Shown: piece after piece, positions 28,621 through 38,119 of the stretch
Numbering within the stretch: position 1 is the first letter of the stretch
How the letters are laid out: the number at the start of each line of letters is the position of its first letter
DNA from: a plasmid
Direction: 5' to 3' (one strand)
Sequence record: NZ_CP041047.1
Length of the DNA stretch: 64,000 bases
The notes under the pieces: generated by a model
Seen by the model: only the letters and a program-made list of their open reading frames with translations
Told to the model about the DNA's origin: nothing
Database searches by the model: none
Position numbers and translations under genes: made by a program

Positions 28621-28842
28621 TTAAAAGACAATTCCATCATCAATCGCCGTCAGGCTTTCAATTTTTGGAATATCGATGAAATTAAATCGCCGAACATTTT
28701 TCGCCGTAATAATCCGACCGTCATTAAGCTGAAGGGTCTCACTTTCTTTATCAGAACGTGATGGCCAGGCAGCGATAACTGAGTCTTCAGTGATTACATA
28801 ATGCCGACTATTTGATGTAAACAAAATGCATGGGATATCCAT
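28621..28842 (-). CDS. hypothetical protein (74 aa; trimmed from the 131-aa ORF)
   Basis: internal ATG at 28842 has a CTGGAG SD identical to the neighbouring genes; the longer ORF would overlap the upstream gene by 140 nt. Confidence 0.35.
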   Translation of the reverse strand: MDIPCILFTSNSRHYVITEDSVIAAWPSRSDKESETLQLNDGRIITAKNVRRFNFIDIPKIESLTAIDDGIVF

Positions 28843-28876
28843 GAAATGAGACTCCAGACATTCAGTCTTTAAAATA

Positions 28877-29104
28877 TTACCATTCTGTAGTGCCAATCCA
28901 TACATCATTAATATATGCATTGGCCCCAAACTCAACCCCGCGTGGCTGTATTTTATCCAGAATCTCGAACGTCCATCCTTCTTCAGGAGGCCATTGAAAA
29001 AGCAATGGTGCTCCATCCAAATATTTTATGGCAAGGACGCTATGACGAAGAGGATCGAGGATGCTAGTCTCACCGGGTATTGCTTTAACCCAATAATGAA
29101 TCAC
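28877..29104 (-). CDS. hypothetical protein (75 aa, GTG start)
   Basis: starts 10 nt after the upstream stop, with an AAGGTGA SD. Confidence 0.35.
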   Translation of the reverse strand: MIHYWVKAIPGETSILDPLRHSVLAIKYLDGAPLLFQWPPEEGWTFEILDKIQPRGVEFGANAYINDVWIGTTEW

Positions 29105-29114
29105 GATGTCACCT

Positions 29115-29423
29115 TTATTGATTTACAAGAGGAATAAATTGAGTTTGGGTCGTTATATCAGACATGAGTTCATATATCTTGTAGGGCCACCACTTTTTAT
29201 CCATATCACGTAAGAAATGAACCTCAGTGATATCGGGACACATTGGATGCCACAGGCTAATAACCATGAGCTCAGATGCCTCAACCTCAATGAACTGATT
29301 GATTGAAGTAACCCTGAACTCATTCGTGGCAATAAACCCTATTAGATCCTCCAACTGATTAAGCAAAAAACCCGCTTGTCGCTGTTCAGAGGAACTGTCG
29401 AAATCATGCTTTAAAATATTCAT
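29115..29423 (-). CDS. hypothetical protein (103 aa; trimmed)
   Basis: internal ATG at 29423 preceded by CTGGAG; the upstream gene's terminator lies at 29440-29478. Confidence 0.4.
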   Translation of the reverse strand: MNILKHDFDSSSEQRQAGFLLNQLEDLIGFIATNEFRVTSINQFIEVEASELMVISLWHPMCPDITEVHFLRDMDKKWWPYKIYELMSDITTQTQFIPLVNQ

Positions 29424-29439
29424 GTTAGTCTCCAGCGCG

Positions 29440-29478
29440 GAACGAAAAAAACGCTGACCGAAGTCAGCGTTTATATTT
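29440..29478 (-). terminator. rho-independent terminator
   Basis: aaacgctgac-cgaag-tcagcgttt + T-run on the minus strand. Confidence 0.6.
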
Positions 29479-29980
29479 TTACAGAGGCTTATCCCTAATC
29501 GGCTTTGCAGCCTCTTTAGGATAAGTGTGATAAAACGCTTTTCTGTACTTTTCGTATCCAATACGTTGGGATGCAACATGTTCCATATTAGTGGGAGCAG
29601 TAAAGTGATGACGCGCAATCAGACTTGCTTGCTTAGCCAATTCACCAGACCACTCGTGCAGGATTTCCATTCGGGTTTCGAATGGGTCAAGACCTGCTAT
29701 TTTGCAGCAACTCGTAAATGAACAAAGGTCTTCCTGATTTTCTTCCGAACAAATCCAGAGGATTTCATCCACACGCTGCTCGCCAGTACTACGGTATGCA
29801 GTCATGATATATATGCTATCCCGAATTATCTCGTAAGCCATCTTTGATGAAAAACGAAGTTCATAATTATGTTCTGAATCGGCTGATATCAGATCATATT
29901 CACTTTCAGTGGCATCGAAAATACTCATGAATGAGAGTTGATTTTCGTGAACCACTTTAAATTTTGCGGTTGCAGACATA
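29479..29980 (-). CDS. hypothetical protein (167 aa)
   Basis: start context 'AAGGTGATCATTATGTCTG' identical to that of the exo gene. Confidence 0.5.
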
Positions 29981-30042
29981 ATGATCACCTTTAAAATAAA
30001 TTAAATTAATTTAGAAAGTTAAAACAGAGATTAAAATACAGA

Positions 30043-31956
30043 TTAAGACAGGAGAGCTTTACGGGTTACTTCAAAGAGTTTGTTACGTAAGGCAGAAACA
30101 GAACCGACAGAAATACCGGTATCACCAAAAAGACTTTTCATCATGCTGTCATTGGCATCACCGAAACCGATACCAATAACGATGATGTCATCATCTTTAG
30201 CGCTTTGTATCATCGCTCGCGCAGAAGCCATATCATCAGGCTGGCCATCAGTTGCAATAACCAATACATGGCGATCCGCTTTAGCTGACGTCAGGTCTGC
30301 AAGTGCAGGCCATAACGATTCGCAAAGAGGAGTACAACCTTGCGTACCAATTCCAAACTGATGAGTTCCAATAGCTGTCCGTAGAGTTTGCTCCCGTCCT
30401 TTTAACAGACCTACGCTATTATGCGCGGCGTGTGGGAAATGATATGCCGAGGTAGTTACCCCCTGAATACCATCGAGCGCATACAACATTGATACAACAG
30501 CGGCTTCAGCCTCTTTAACCGACCGGCTCATTGACCCGCTAGAGTCCAGCAGGATAGTAAAAGCAGAACTGACATCTACTGCCTTGGACTTATGTTTAAA
30601 AAGACGCGTATTTCCCAGCATGGCACTGGTAACCAGTCGAGAATCAAGCTTACGACCAGTTTCACGATGTGTTCTTCTCACCGCTCTTACACCCTGCAAC
30701 AACCCATGAAGTGATTGACGTAACCCGGTAGCCATCTGCACCCCTAAACTTACGGATGCATTACCGGTATCGTGCCGCTTCGCAGGTGCTACTGAATATG
30801 GAGTAGGTGAAACGATACGTTGATGCGGGGGTACTTTGTCTTTGATTAGCTGATTGAGCTTATCTGAAGTGTTCTGTCCTGTACGGCCAAGATCATTCGA
30901 TGTGGTTCCCTCGAAAGGGTCTTTTCCGTTCTGGGACAGGTTACCGACAGAAGATTCACCCTGAGCATTTACGCCCGGATGGGAAGCAGCGGCGTTGCTG
31001 TCACTCGAGTTGGAAGCAGGAGCATTACGATTAGCTGATGTTGACGAAGAATTTTCGTTTTCATCATCGGTATCGTTTTGCCCATGTTCTTTATCTGGTG
31101 CGCCACCGGCATTACCATCAGGTTCTGAAGAAGGCTCATTCTGACCGGCTGGCGATGACGATGAACCGTCATTACCGCCTGCACTATCATTCTGGCCATC
31201 CCCATTTTTGTCAGAACTGTCGGATGACTGGGCCGGGTCTGACGAACTGTCATCACCTTTGCTGTCATCAGAATCAGCACCCTGATTATCATCCTGCGGA
31301 GGTTCTTCCTGCTCATTAGTTTCGTTAAATGCATCTACTGCGAGGTCATATAACCGACATGCAACTTCAAACACCTTTTTAATCGAGGTTGCTTGTACTG
31401 CTTCAGCCATAACCATCATAGCTTTGTCATACAGCTCCAGCCCGAAGATACGTTCAAAGTCCTCACGCGCTTGCTTTGTTGGAATAGTTAAACCGTTGAA
31501 GCGGTTCAAACCACAAGTAAGCAGGGTATCCAAAAACACCGAAGAAGCTTTATCACAGGATTCCGCTTCCTCACTGAACAAAAAATGATTCAGTGAATTG
31601 AGATACTTTAATGTACCTGGATAGCGACAACTCATCGCACGTTCAATGCGCAAATCTTCGCAAAGGTTGACCAGATGTTTAAGTACCTCAACGTTGTATT
31701 TATCCGACTTCATATGCTCTTGCATGAATATCTTGAGATCACCAAAATCAGTGAAACGGATATGTGCTGCTTCATGTACGGCATACCCTAACAAAGGATT
31801 TGCCAACATTTCAGCGTCTTTGAAGAATGGAATGTTAATAAGAAAACCAGCTCCAGTCTCCGTAGCATATGCTTCATTGCCGCCGACAGAAACATTAAGG
31901 CCAATCTGAGAGCTTAATGCACGTGCGACAATAGGAAGGGAATTATAAATACCCAT
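30043..31956 (-). CDS. VWA-domain protein with N-terminal HExxH motif and acidic low-complexity linker (CobT/ViaA-like partner of a MoxR ATPase)
   Basis: 'AVHEAAHIRF' HExxH; C-terminal VWA MIDAS 'LLDSSGSM...ATDGQPDD'; 637 aa. Confidence 0.7.
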   Translation of the reverse strand: MGIYNSLPIVARALSSQIGLNVSVGGNEAYATETGAGFLINIPFFKDAEMLANPLLGYAVHEAAHIRFTDFGDLKIFMQEHMKSDKYNVEVLKHLVNLCEDLRIERAMSCRYPGTLKYLNSLNHFLFSEEAESCDKASSVFLDTLLTCGLNRFNGLTIPTKQAREDFERIFGLELYDKAMMVMAEAVQATSIKKVFEVACRLYDLAVDAFNETNEQEEPPQDDNQGADSDDSKGDDSSSDPAQSSDSSDKNGDGQNDSAGGNDGSSSSPAGQNEPSSEPDGNAGGAPDKEHGQNDTDDENENSSSTSANRNAPASNSSDSNAAASHPGVNAQGESSVGNLSQNGKDPFEGTTSNDLGRTGQNTSDKLNQLIKDKVPPHQRIVSPTPYSVAPAKRHDTGNASVSLGVQMATGLRQSLHGLLQGVRAVRRTHRETGRKLDSRLVTSAMLGNTRLFKHKSKAVDVSSAFTILLDSSGSMSRSVKEAEAAVVSMLYALDGIQGVTTSAYHFPHAAHNSVGLLKGREQTLRTAIGTHQFGIGTQGCTPLCESLWPALADLTSAKADRHVLVIATDGQPDDMASARAMIQSAKDDDIIVIGIGFGDANDSMMKSLFGDTGISVGSVSALRNKLFEVTRKALLS

Positions 31957-31987
31957 ATATACCTCACAATAAATTTAAATAGATTAA

Positions 31988-32015
31988 TTAGAAAAAAGGC
32001 CCAGAGTGGGCCTTT
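31988..32015 (-). terminator. rho-independent terminator
   Basis: aaaaggcccagagtgggcctttt. Confidence 0.65.
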
Positions 32016-32020
32016 TATTT

Positions 32021-33376
32021 TTAAAACACCATTATTGTTCCGTCATCATCGTGTGAAGACGAAGTTTCAATTTCCGGCTCTTTTCCATCAATGACTTTTT
32101 CAGAATCCAAACCCGAAATAAGAGCAGGGTCTGGCAGAGAACGGGGTGCAACAGAATCACCGTCCAAAAATGAATCATCATCGACCATAACCGCATCAAA
32201 CGCAGGAATTACAGCATCATTAACAATTACATGCTCCTGGGTATCGGACAAGTCGTTAACGTCAGTATCAGCCGACGTATTAACCAGTTCGATTGCCAAA
32301 GGCGTATCAGCAGAACCATTGACCTCTACCAGTACAGATGGGGCTTCAGCGAGTGAATCAACGTTTTGCAATCCGACCGGATCTTCCACTACCACAGCAG
32401 ATGCAAATGCATCTGTATGCAGAGGAGGTATCGTTTCCGCCTGAACCTGAGTTGCCGACATGGCCGCTAAAGTAATGGCATCATCATCTTCAATAAGGTT
32501 CATTGAAAGTGATGGGTCAATTGCATCGTTACCATCTGTAGTACTGGCGGATGACAGCAGTTCCACAAACTGTTTTGCATGAATTGGGTCGCGTAAGTTA
32601 TTGAGGAGAGAGAGAATGTCGTTATAAGGTTTGCCCGTCACTTTACCGGTTAGCGGAATGTCTTTCATTACCTGATTAACATAGTCGCTAAGAGACTGGA
32701 CGCTGGGTGCGATGAAAGCCAGGGACGCGAGTTTATCGCCGCAGCGGCGTAAAGGATTTAGTGTGTGCTGAGAAAACGCATCAGGGTTCCTGTTTTTAAG
32801 GAATCCTTCCACAACATCAGCCACATCCTCATAAACTTCATCCGCTAAACTTTTAACTTGCCCAGTTAAACCATCCTGAATGACACTGTTGCCATAAGGA
32901 GTGATGTGAATCGCAGTAAAGCCAAATTGTATCTGGCTATCCATATAAGACAAATCGATAGCAGCATCACGCAAAAGTATAGAGCGATACTTTTCTTCAA
33001 AAGAGTTAATCCAGCTATTAAAATCAGCTTTCATAAATTCCTTTTTGTAATCGTAAAACTCGCCCTTAAGTACATTCAGTTTACCAATTAAATCATTAAC
33101 CTTGTCGGCTGGAATTGCATAGCCGCCCATAAATTTAATACCCGCTTCGAGACAAAAAGCGTGAGCTGAATTCTTTTTGCGGGTAAATGGATTGATGAGT
33201 TGTGGGTCAATGATTTTCTTGCTGCCTAATGAAACGAGCACATCAGGTGGCAAATCAGCACTGTTACCAAGATCTTCTCTTTTCAGCTTACGACGACCAC
33301 TAATACTGGTGATATCAGAAAGAGAAACGAGAATAAGTTGTTCCAGAACCTGAGTGGCATTGGATTTGATAGTCAT
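32021..33376 (-). CDS. hypothetical protein with long acidic C-terminal tail
   Basis: start moved to the second ATG after the conserved AATGAGGTATGTC SD; ~290-aa domain plus D/E/S-rich tail. Confidence 0.55.
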   Translation of the reverse strand: MTIKSNATQVLEQLILVSLSDITSISGRRKLKREDLGNSADLPPDVLVSLGSKKIIDPQLINPFTRKKNSAHAFCLEAGIKFMGGYAIPADKVNDLIGKLNVLKGEFYDYKKEFMKADFNSWINSFEEKYRSILLRDAAIDLSYMDSQIQFGFTAIHITPYGNSVIQDGLTGQVKSLADEVYEDVADVVEGFLKNRNPDAFSQHTLNPLRRCGDKLASLAFIAPSVQSLSDYVNQVMKDIPLTGKVTGKPYNDILSLLNNLRDPIHAKQFVELLSSASTTDGNDAIDPSLSMNLIEDDDAITLAAMSATQVQAETIPPLHTDAFASAVVVEDPVGLQNVDSLAEAPSVLVEVNGSADTPLAIELVNTSADTDVNDLSDTQEHVIVNDAVIPAFDAVMVDDDSFLDGDSVAPRSLPDPALISGLDSEKVIDGKEPEIETSSSHDDDGTIMVF

Positions 33377-33401
33377 GACATACCTCATTAATTTAAAATT
33401 G

Positions 33402-33428
33402 ATTTAAAAAGAATTAAAAAACCCCAAG
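33402..33428 (-). terminator. rho-independent terminator
   Basis: aaaccccaagcggggcttt. Confidence 0.6.
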
Positions 33429-33435
33429 CGGGGCT

Positions 33436-34515
33436 TTATTTAAGTGCTTCAGAACCGAATACAGCTTCAACGATGAGATGCAAAGATTTTTTATCATCTG
33501 CTGATGCACGATTACCAATCTGATAATCGAAAGCTGTTAATAATGCACGTGGCATCTTTGCAGCTTTCATCATTGAGTAGCGGTCAAGCCAGGCCACCAG
33601 CGAACGAGTTGAACACGTTACTGATAAACGAGTGTCGGGAAGAACACCGTCCGGGAGTTTTGCACTGTTAGTATTGACACTAGTGTCAATTTCACCGGTG
33701 ATATTCTTGCCTACAAAAAGACCGCGAATCATATTCGCAACGTCAACAAATTTCTCCGCGACTTTGGTGTCGGGGATATATTTGGTAATCAATTTAGTCT
33801 CGGTCTCTTTTGGCATATAGTCAGCAGTGATAAACATATAGCGGTCAAGGTTGGCCACATTTAATGTTTTCACACCGCCATAAACGCCAGTAAAATCGCC
33901 CTGACCAATCGAGTTAGCCGTTGCAACAAATCTGAAGTTCGGGTGCTGTTTAATTACCTCGTTGGTTTCAGGAATAACTAAATTCCCTCCTTCGAGGATG
34001 GCGTTAAAGGCATTGGCACAGGATGGGTCTAATTGATCGTACTCATCGAGTAGGAAAATCAGTCCATACTTGTACGCCAGCGTCAGTGGGCCATGAACAA
34101 AAACAGTCTTGGTATCACCGGTCAGTTCATTACACTGAAGCCGGAGACCGCCAATGAGATTGTTAATATCCAGGTCTTGTGAAGCTGTAGTTTTCATGAC
34201 AGGCCAGTTAAGTCTTGCTGCTACTTGTTCGACAACACTGGTTTTGCCACAACCTGTTGGGCCAGAGATCCACAGAGACTGATTTTGTGGATAGTTAATC
34301 CACATCAGTACAGATGAACGCAAATACGCTTCAAAAACATAGTCGTCATTCTGTTTAGGCACGAATGCACTAAATGGATTGGCTGAGTCAAATCCCTGGA
34401 ACGGTTTCACTTTATCCATCTGATGTTCTGGTACAACAATACCAAATACAGAAGGGTGGACAGGTGTAGAGCGCGCCATGATTTCAACAGACAGGTTTGC
34501 GAAATTAGTAGTCAT
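33436..34515 (-). CDS. MoxR-family AAA+ ATPase (CobS-like)
   Basis: Walker A 'GPTGCGKTS', Walker B 'FLLDEYD', 'RFVATANS' sensor region; paired with the VWA protein. Confidence 0.75.
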   Translation of the reverse strand: MTTNFANLSVEIMARSTPVHPSVFGIVVPEHQMDKVKPFQGFDSANPFSAFVPKQNDDYVFEAYLRSSVLMWINYPQNQSLWISGPTGCGKTSVVEQVAARLNWPVMKTTASQDLDINNLIGGLRLQCNELTGDTKTVFVHGPLTLAYKYGLIFLLDEYDQLDPSCANAFNAILEGGNLVIPETNEVIKQHPNFRFVATANSIGQGDFTGVYGGVKTLNVANLDRYMFITADYMPKETETKLITKYIPDTKVAEKFVDVANMIRGLFVGKNITGEIDTSVNTNSAKLPDGVLPDTRLSVTCSTRSLVAWLDRYSMMKAAKMPRALLTAFDYQIGNRASADDKKSLHLIVEAVFGSEALK

Positions 34516-34572
34516 GATATACCTCATTAAATTAGATAGATTTAAGAATTAAAAAAATTAAGAAGAATGATG

Positions 34573-34965
34573 CTATGCAGCAATATCAGCACGTACTAAA
34601 TCAACATGCTTATAATTGCGGCTTACACTGCCACTGTTATCAACACTGGTTACCTTTGGGGCATACGTTACATAAGAGACGATGCCACGGGCACTCAATG
34701 CAGAGACCAGAACGGGCATAAAAAAGGTTTTGGCATAAACAAGTACGCCGTCAGCCTTATATTTATTGCAGAGAGATGTAGCGATTTCAGCGAATTCTTT
34801 AGCCTTATCGGTCATAACATCTTCTGAAGGACAGGTATTAAAGGTCAACAGTTCACGTAATGCGTGTGATACTTGCTGATCAACATCAATAACGCCCATT
34901 TCCCGTTGTTCCGGGGATGCAAGATATGCAGTCATATTTACAAGAAACATGATCAGACTCCTCAT
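34573..34965 (-). CDS. hypothetical protein (130 aa)
   Basis: ORF. Confidence 0.45.
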   Translation of the reverse strand: MRSLIMFLVNMTAYLASPEQREMGVIDVDQQVSHALRELLTFNTCPSEDVMTDKAKEFAEIATSLCNKYKADGVLVYAKTFFMPVLVSALSARGIVSYVTYAPKVTSVDNSGSVSRNYKHVDLVRADIAA

Positions 34966-35321
34966 TTAAAAAGATTAGTGAATTAGATGAATTAAGCCTT
35001 ACATGAAGGCTGAAGTTAGGTACTAGTTTCAGTTTGGGAGTGACTGAGGCACTTGTTGTTGTCTACGTGACAACGAAACACCTTTTTCGACGGACAAAAA
35101 AGCCTGCCGCTTATGTGAGCCGCAGGCTATCGAATTTGTTTAGGCGAGAAAAATCCTTGTGAATACCAGGAGGTATTCAGGAGTGGCTTGAGCGCCGAAT
35201 TTAGAAGGTGTTTAAAGGCAGTTGCCTGAAGTTAAGCGGACTAAGCCGCTATTTAAAGATAATAAAGGATGTGTAATTGGTCAAGCAAAAAAAAAGCCCA
35301 GTTTTAAACTGGGCTCAATAA
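34966..35321. repeat. ~355-bp non-coding element A (homologous to 38885-39251): contains AACACCTTTTTCGACGG, GAAGTTAAGCGG and two minus-strand terminator hairpins
   Basis: shared 17-mer at 35076-35092; hairpins at 35102-35127 and 35292-35320. Confidence 0.5.
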
Positions 35322-36430
35322 TTAAAAAACAACGAATTGTTGGGCTGAGTCTGTCTCTTCTGCACCAGGTGATACCAGTACGGAATTGTCATCCAAAGGA
35401 ATGTAGACAGTATCAGTCAGAGTTGATTTATATTCATAGGTACTTAGTGAATTTCGTACCGATGACTGACCGTAACATTCTGGATGATGTTTCGGGTCAA
35501 TAGATAATTTATCGCAGATTCGTTTGTAGCTCGGTTTTTCCGGTACGCGAGACTGAAGAAAACGAAAGCCAAAGCCATCGATTCTAACAAGCTCGTTATA
35601 GGAAAAGCCAACAGAAACACCAAGACCCTGGATCAATAAATTGACCGAGTTCTGGTATTCTTCGAACTGCTTTTTCTTTAAAGCTAACTCTTTCTCCATC
35701 TGCTGCAATGTTCCAACTTGTCTGGCTATGTCTACCACACGAGCTTCCAGGTCGTCTGGAAGCTTAAAGCCTTGTGTATGAGACATGATTACAGGATCAG
35801 AGATAAGTAAAATATCTTTTTCCTTATCAAACGGCATAGCTGTTTTTGTCTGTACCCTATTCCAGAAATATTCGCAGGCAACCTGGACGCGATAAAACGC
35901 TTTCTCCGAAGGCATAATTTTAAAGACCTTGGTCTGGTCAGTTGCTGACCAGAACACAAGATATGCCTGGGGTGCGCCTGTTGTCAGCAACTGGTGCTGA
36001 ACTTGCCAGTAGTAATAACGAAATTCTGGCGATTTGGTTTCAAGCTGAAGAATAGAAAGATGTTTGCTCTCGCAAAGATTCTTTATCTCAAGGATTGAAC
36101 CATCGTCAAATTGACCATCCAGTGAAGCAATCATGTAAGGATACTTTTTGTTCCTTACACAGAAAGGCAGGGCGATTTGTCCTATCTCTTTTTCGCAGTA
36201 ACTTCTGGCAAGTGCTTCAAGCTTTTTACCAGCATCAACCTGTTTAATGACAGAAAGGTCTTCTGCCTGAATCAGGCCAGCGTATTGCAAATAGAGTTCG
36301 TAGGGCGTTTTAGTTGCACCTGGCTCCTCTAACAGAATTGGGGAGCATGTTGCAGTCACACCGGTTTTACGCCATTCGAGCCAGTCCTTTGAACCCTGCA
36401 CAACATCAACGACTTCATAAATGTCAGACA
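35322..36430 (-). CDS. exo: YqaJ-like viral recombinase-domain exonuclease (lambda Exo family)
   Basis: N-terminus 'GSKDWLEWRKTGVTAT' YqaJ signature; follows a RecT gene. Confidence 0.7.
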
Positions 36431-36488
36431 TAATGATCACCTTAAGATAAATTTAGAAAGTTAGACCGGCAGTTTCCTGCCGGATAAG

Positions 36489-38045
36489 TTAAGCGGCCTG
36501 AAGATCTTCAATAAGACCTTCTACCATTTCTTTTAGAGGGGGGAATGTCACATTGCTGAGAGCGGCATGAAGCCTGGTAAAATCAGAGGTATTAACAGCC
36601 TCAAGATATAACTGGTGTATTTCCACTGATTCGGCCTGGACTTCACCAACCCATTTGGCCGCGTCGGTTTTAAACTCACCCTTACCCATTTTTTCGATGA
36701 AGTTAAGGACTTGAGTAAAATCGAAGCTACCTACTGCGTTAATTAAATGATTTTTGAGAAGTGCCCTTCGGGATTTTTCTAAAGATAAGCGAGCGAACGC
36801 CAGCTCACTTTCATTCAGATCGAAACTGCTTTTTGCATCGGTTAAAATAGTTTCGTATCCAAGCGTTTTTTCTGCCCGGCTTACTAACTTTTTAATTCTG
36901 CGTTCAACCCATTTTCTAACCCCGGGATGTTCAGACATTTCTTCATTGGACTGCCCATTGGTTTCTGCGGGTGGGGGGAGAATATCATCAGCCGCACCGT
37001 TTACTTCGGCTGGAGGAGTATTTCCCTCAGCCGTATCGTTAACATCGGTTGGTGTATTGCTCTTGATGTCCTGCTGCTCGGCTGAATTAGGTTCTTCAGC
37101 GAGCTTATTGAACTCGCCTTCAATAACTTTACCATCAGCCTTTTCAGTTTGGATAGTGGTATCCGTATTACCAGCCGTCCTGGCTTCTTGTCTAATCTCC
37201 ATTTCAGCTTCAGCAGCTGCGACGGGTATTGTTGCTGTACGGAAACCTTCACCACCAGCAGTGTTCAGATATTCAATCATCGAACTCAGGCGAGTACGGT
37301 TACCGGGAATTAAGTGTATGGTCTGCTTAATAGCAGACTTGAGCACCATCTTCCACGGGAACTGAGTCCACGGAGAATACTGCCGTTTCTCCACTTTTGC
37401 CCAAGATTCGGATTTCGCCCGAGATTGAGCTAAATCCTGAAGGTCAATGAAAAATACCAGATGACGTCCATCCTTCATTAAATAGTCGACATAAGCCCCC
37501 CTGAACATGCCCCGATCTCCTAAATCACCCTGATCGGTGTTTGTGAGAACGAGTCCCCCTTTATAAGCAAAGGGGTCAAATTCGTGGTCTGGGCTGGAGC
37601 GACGACCATTGGTTTTAAATGAGTCCTTATCAAAAACTAATTCAGCCACAATGTCTTCGCATAAACCTTCATCGGTGGCCATCCTGCTGAGCCCAATATA
37701 GGACACGTCGAGAATGACACGACCATCGCGTGGAACCAGGTAAGCCTGCTTCTGCGCCGGGTCAAGAGTGAGGCCGCTACTTGCGAGCTGAAGGAATGCA
37801 GTTTCGAAGGACTTTGGATTATTAACTGCTATGTCAGCCAGGAAGTTATTATTGTTGACAATATGTTTTGCAAATACGCATTCACGTTCGAATGAGATAT
37901 GCGGAGCACTGGAACCTGCGGATGCGAACATCTTATCCAGCGACAACATATGTCGTGCAATACTGTCCATCTTTACGACAATATCGGAGTTGCCTTTATT
38001 GTTGTTAGAAGAGGAACCTGAGCTACGTGATTTATTTGAGTACAT
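36489..38045 (-). CDS. bet: RecT/Bet-family single-strand annealing protein with ~250-aa C-terminal extension
   Basis: 'LTLDPAQKQAYLVPRDG' RecT core; 518 aa. Confidence 0.65.
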   Translation of the reverse strand: MYSNKSRSSGSSSNNNKGNSDIVVKMDSIARHMLSLDKMFASAGSSAPHISFERECVFAKHIVNNNNFLADIAVNNPKSFETAFLQLASSGLTLDPAQKQAYLVPRDGRVILDVSYIGLSRMATDEGLCEDIVAELVFDKDSFKTNGRRSSPDHEFDPFAYKGGLVLTNTDQGDLGDRGMFRGAYVDYLMKDGRHLVFFIDLQDLAQSRAKSESWAKVEKRQYSPWTQFPWKMVLKSAIKQTIHLIPGNRTRLSSMIEYLNTAGGEGFRTATIPVAAAEAEMEIRQEARTAGNTDTTIQTEKADGKVIEGEFNKLAEEPNSAEQQDIKSNTPTDVNDTAEGNTPPAEVNGAADDILPPPAETNGQSNEEMSEHPGVRKWVERRIKKLVSRAEKTLGYETILTDAKSSFDLNESELAFARLSLEKSRRALLKNHLINAVGSFDFTQVLNFIEKMGKGEFKTDAAKWVGEVQAESVEIHQLYLEAVNTSDFTRLHAALSNVTFPPLKEMVEGLIEDLQAA

Positions 38046-38079
38046 ATATACCTCATTAAATTAAATATATTAAAAAATT

Positions 38080-38112
38080 AAAAAGAAGAAGGTTGCTGAT
38101 AAATCAGCAACC
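38080..38112 (-). terminator. rho-independent terminator
   Basis: ggttgctgat-ttatc-agcaacc + T-run on the minus strand. Confidence 0.6.
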
Positions 38113-38119
38113 AGTCATA

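Noticed and set aside
26822..29988. Interpreting the AT-rich 'aattag' words between 27.3 and 29.1 kb as the same promoter box as in the 30-39 kb block
   Set aside because: Here the spacers are only 10-35 nt and consist of SD plus stop/start junctions (operonic coupling); there are terminators only at 27315 and 29440, so these genes are probably co-transcribed.
33436..34527. 'MRYIMT'/'MRYVMT' N-termini on three ORFs (34527, 33388, 39764)
   Set aside because: The first ATG lies inside the conserved SD AATGAGGTAT; the true starts are the second ATG 12 nt downstream.
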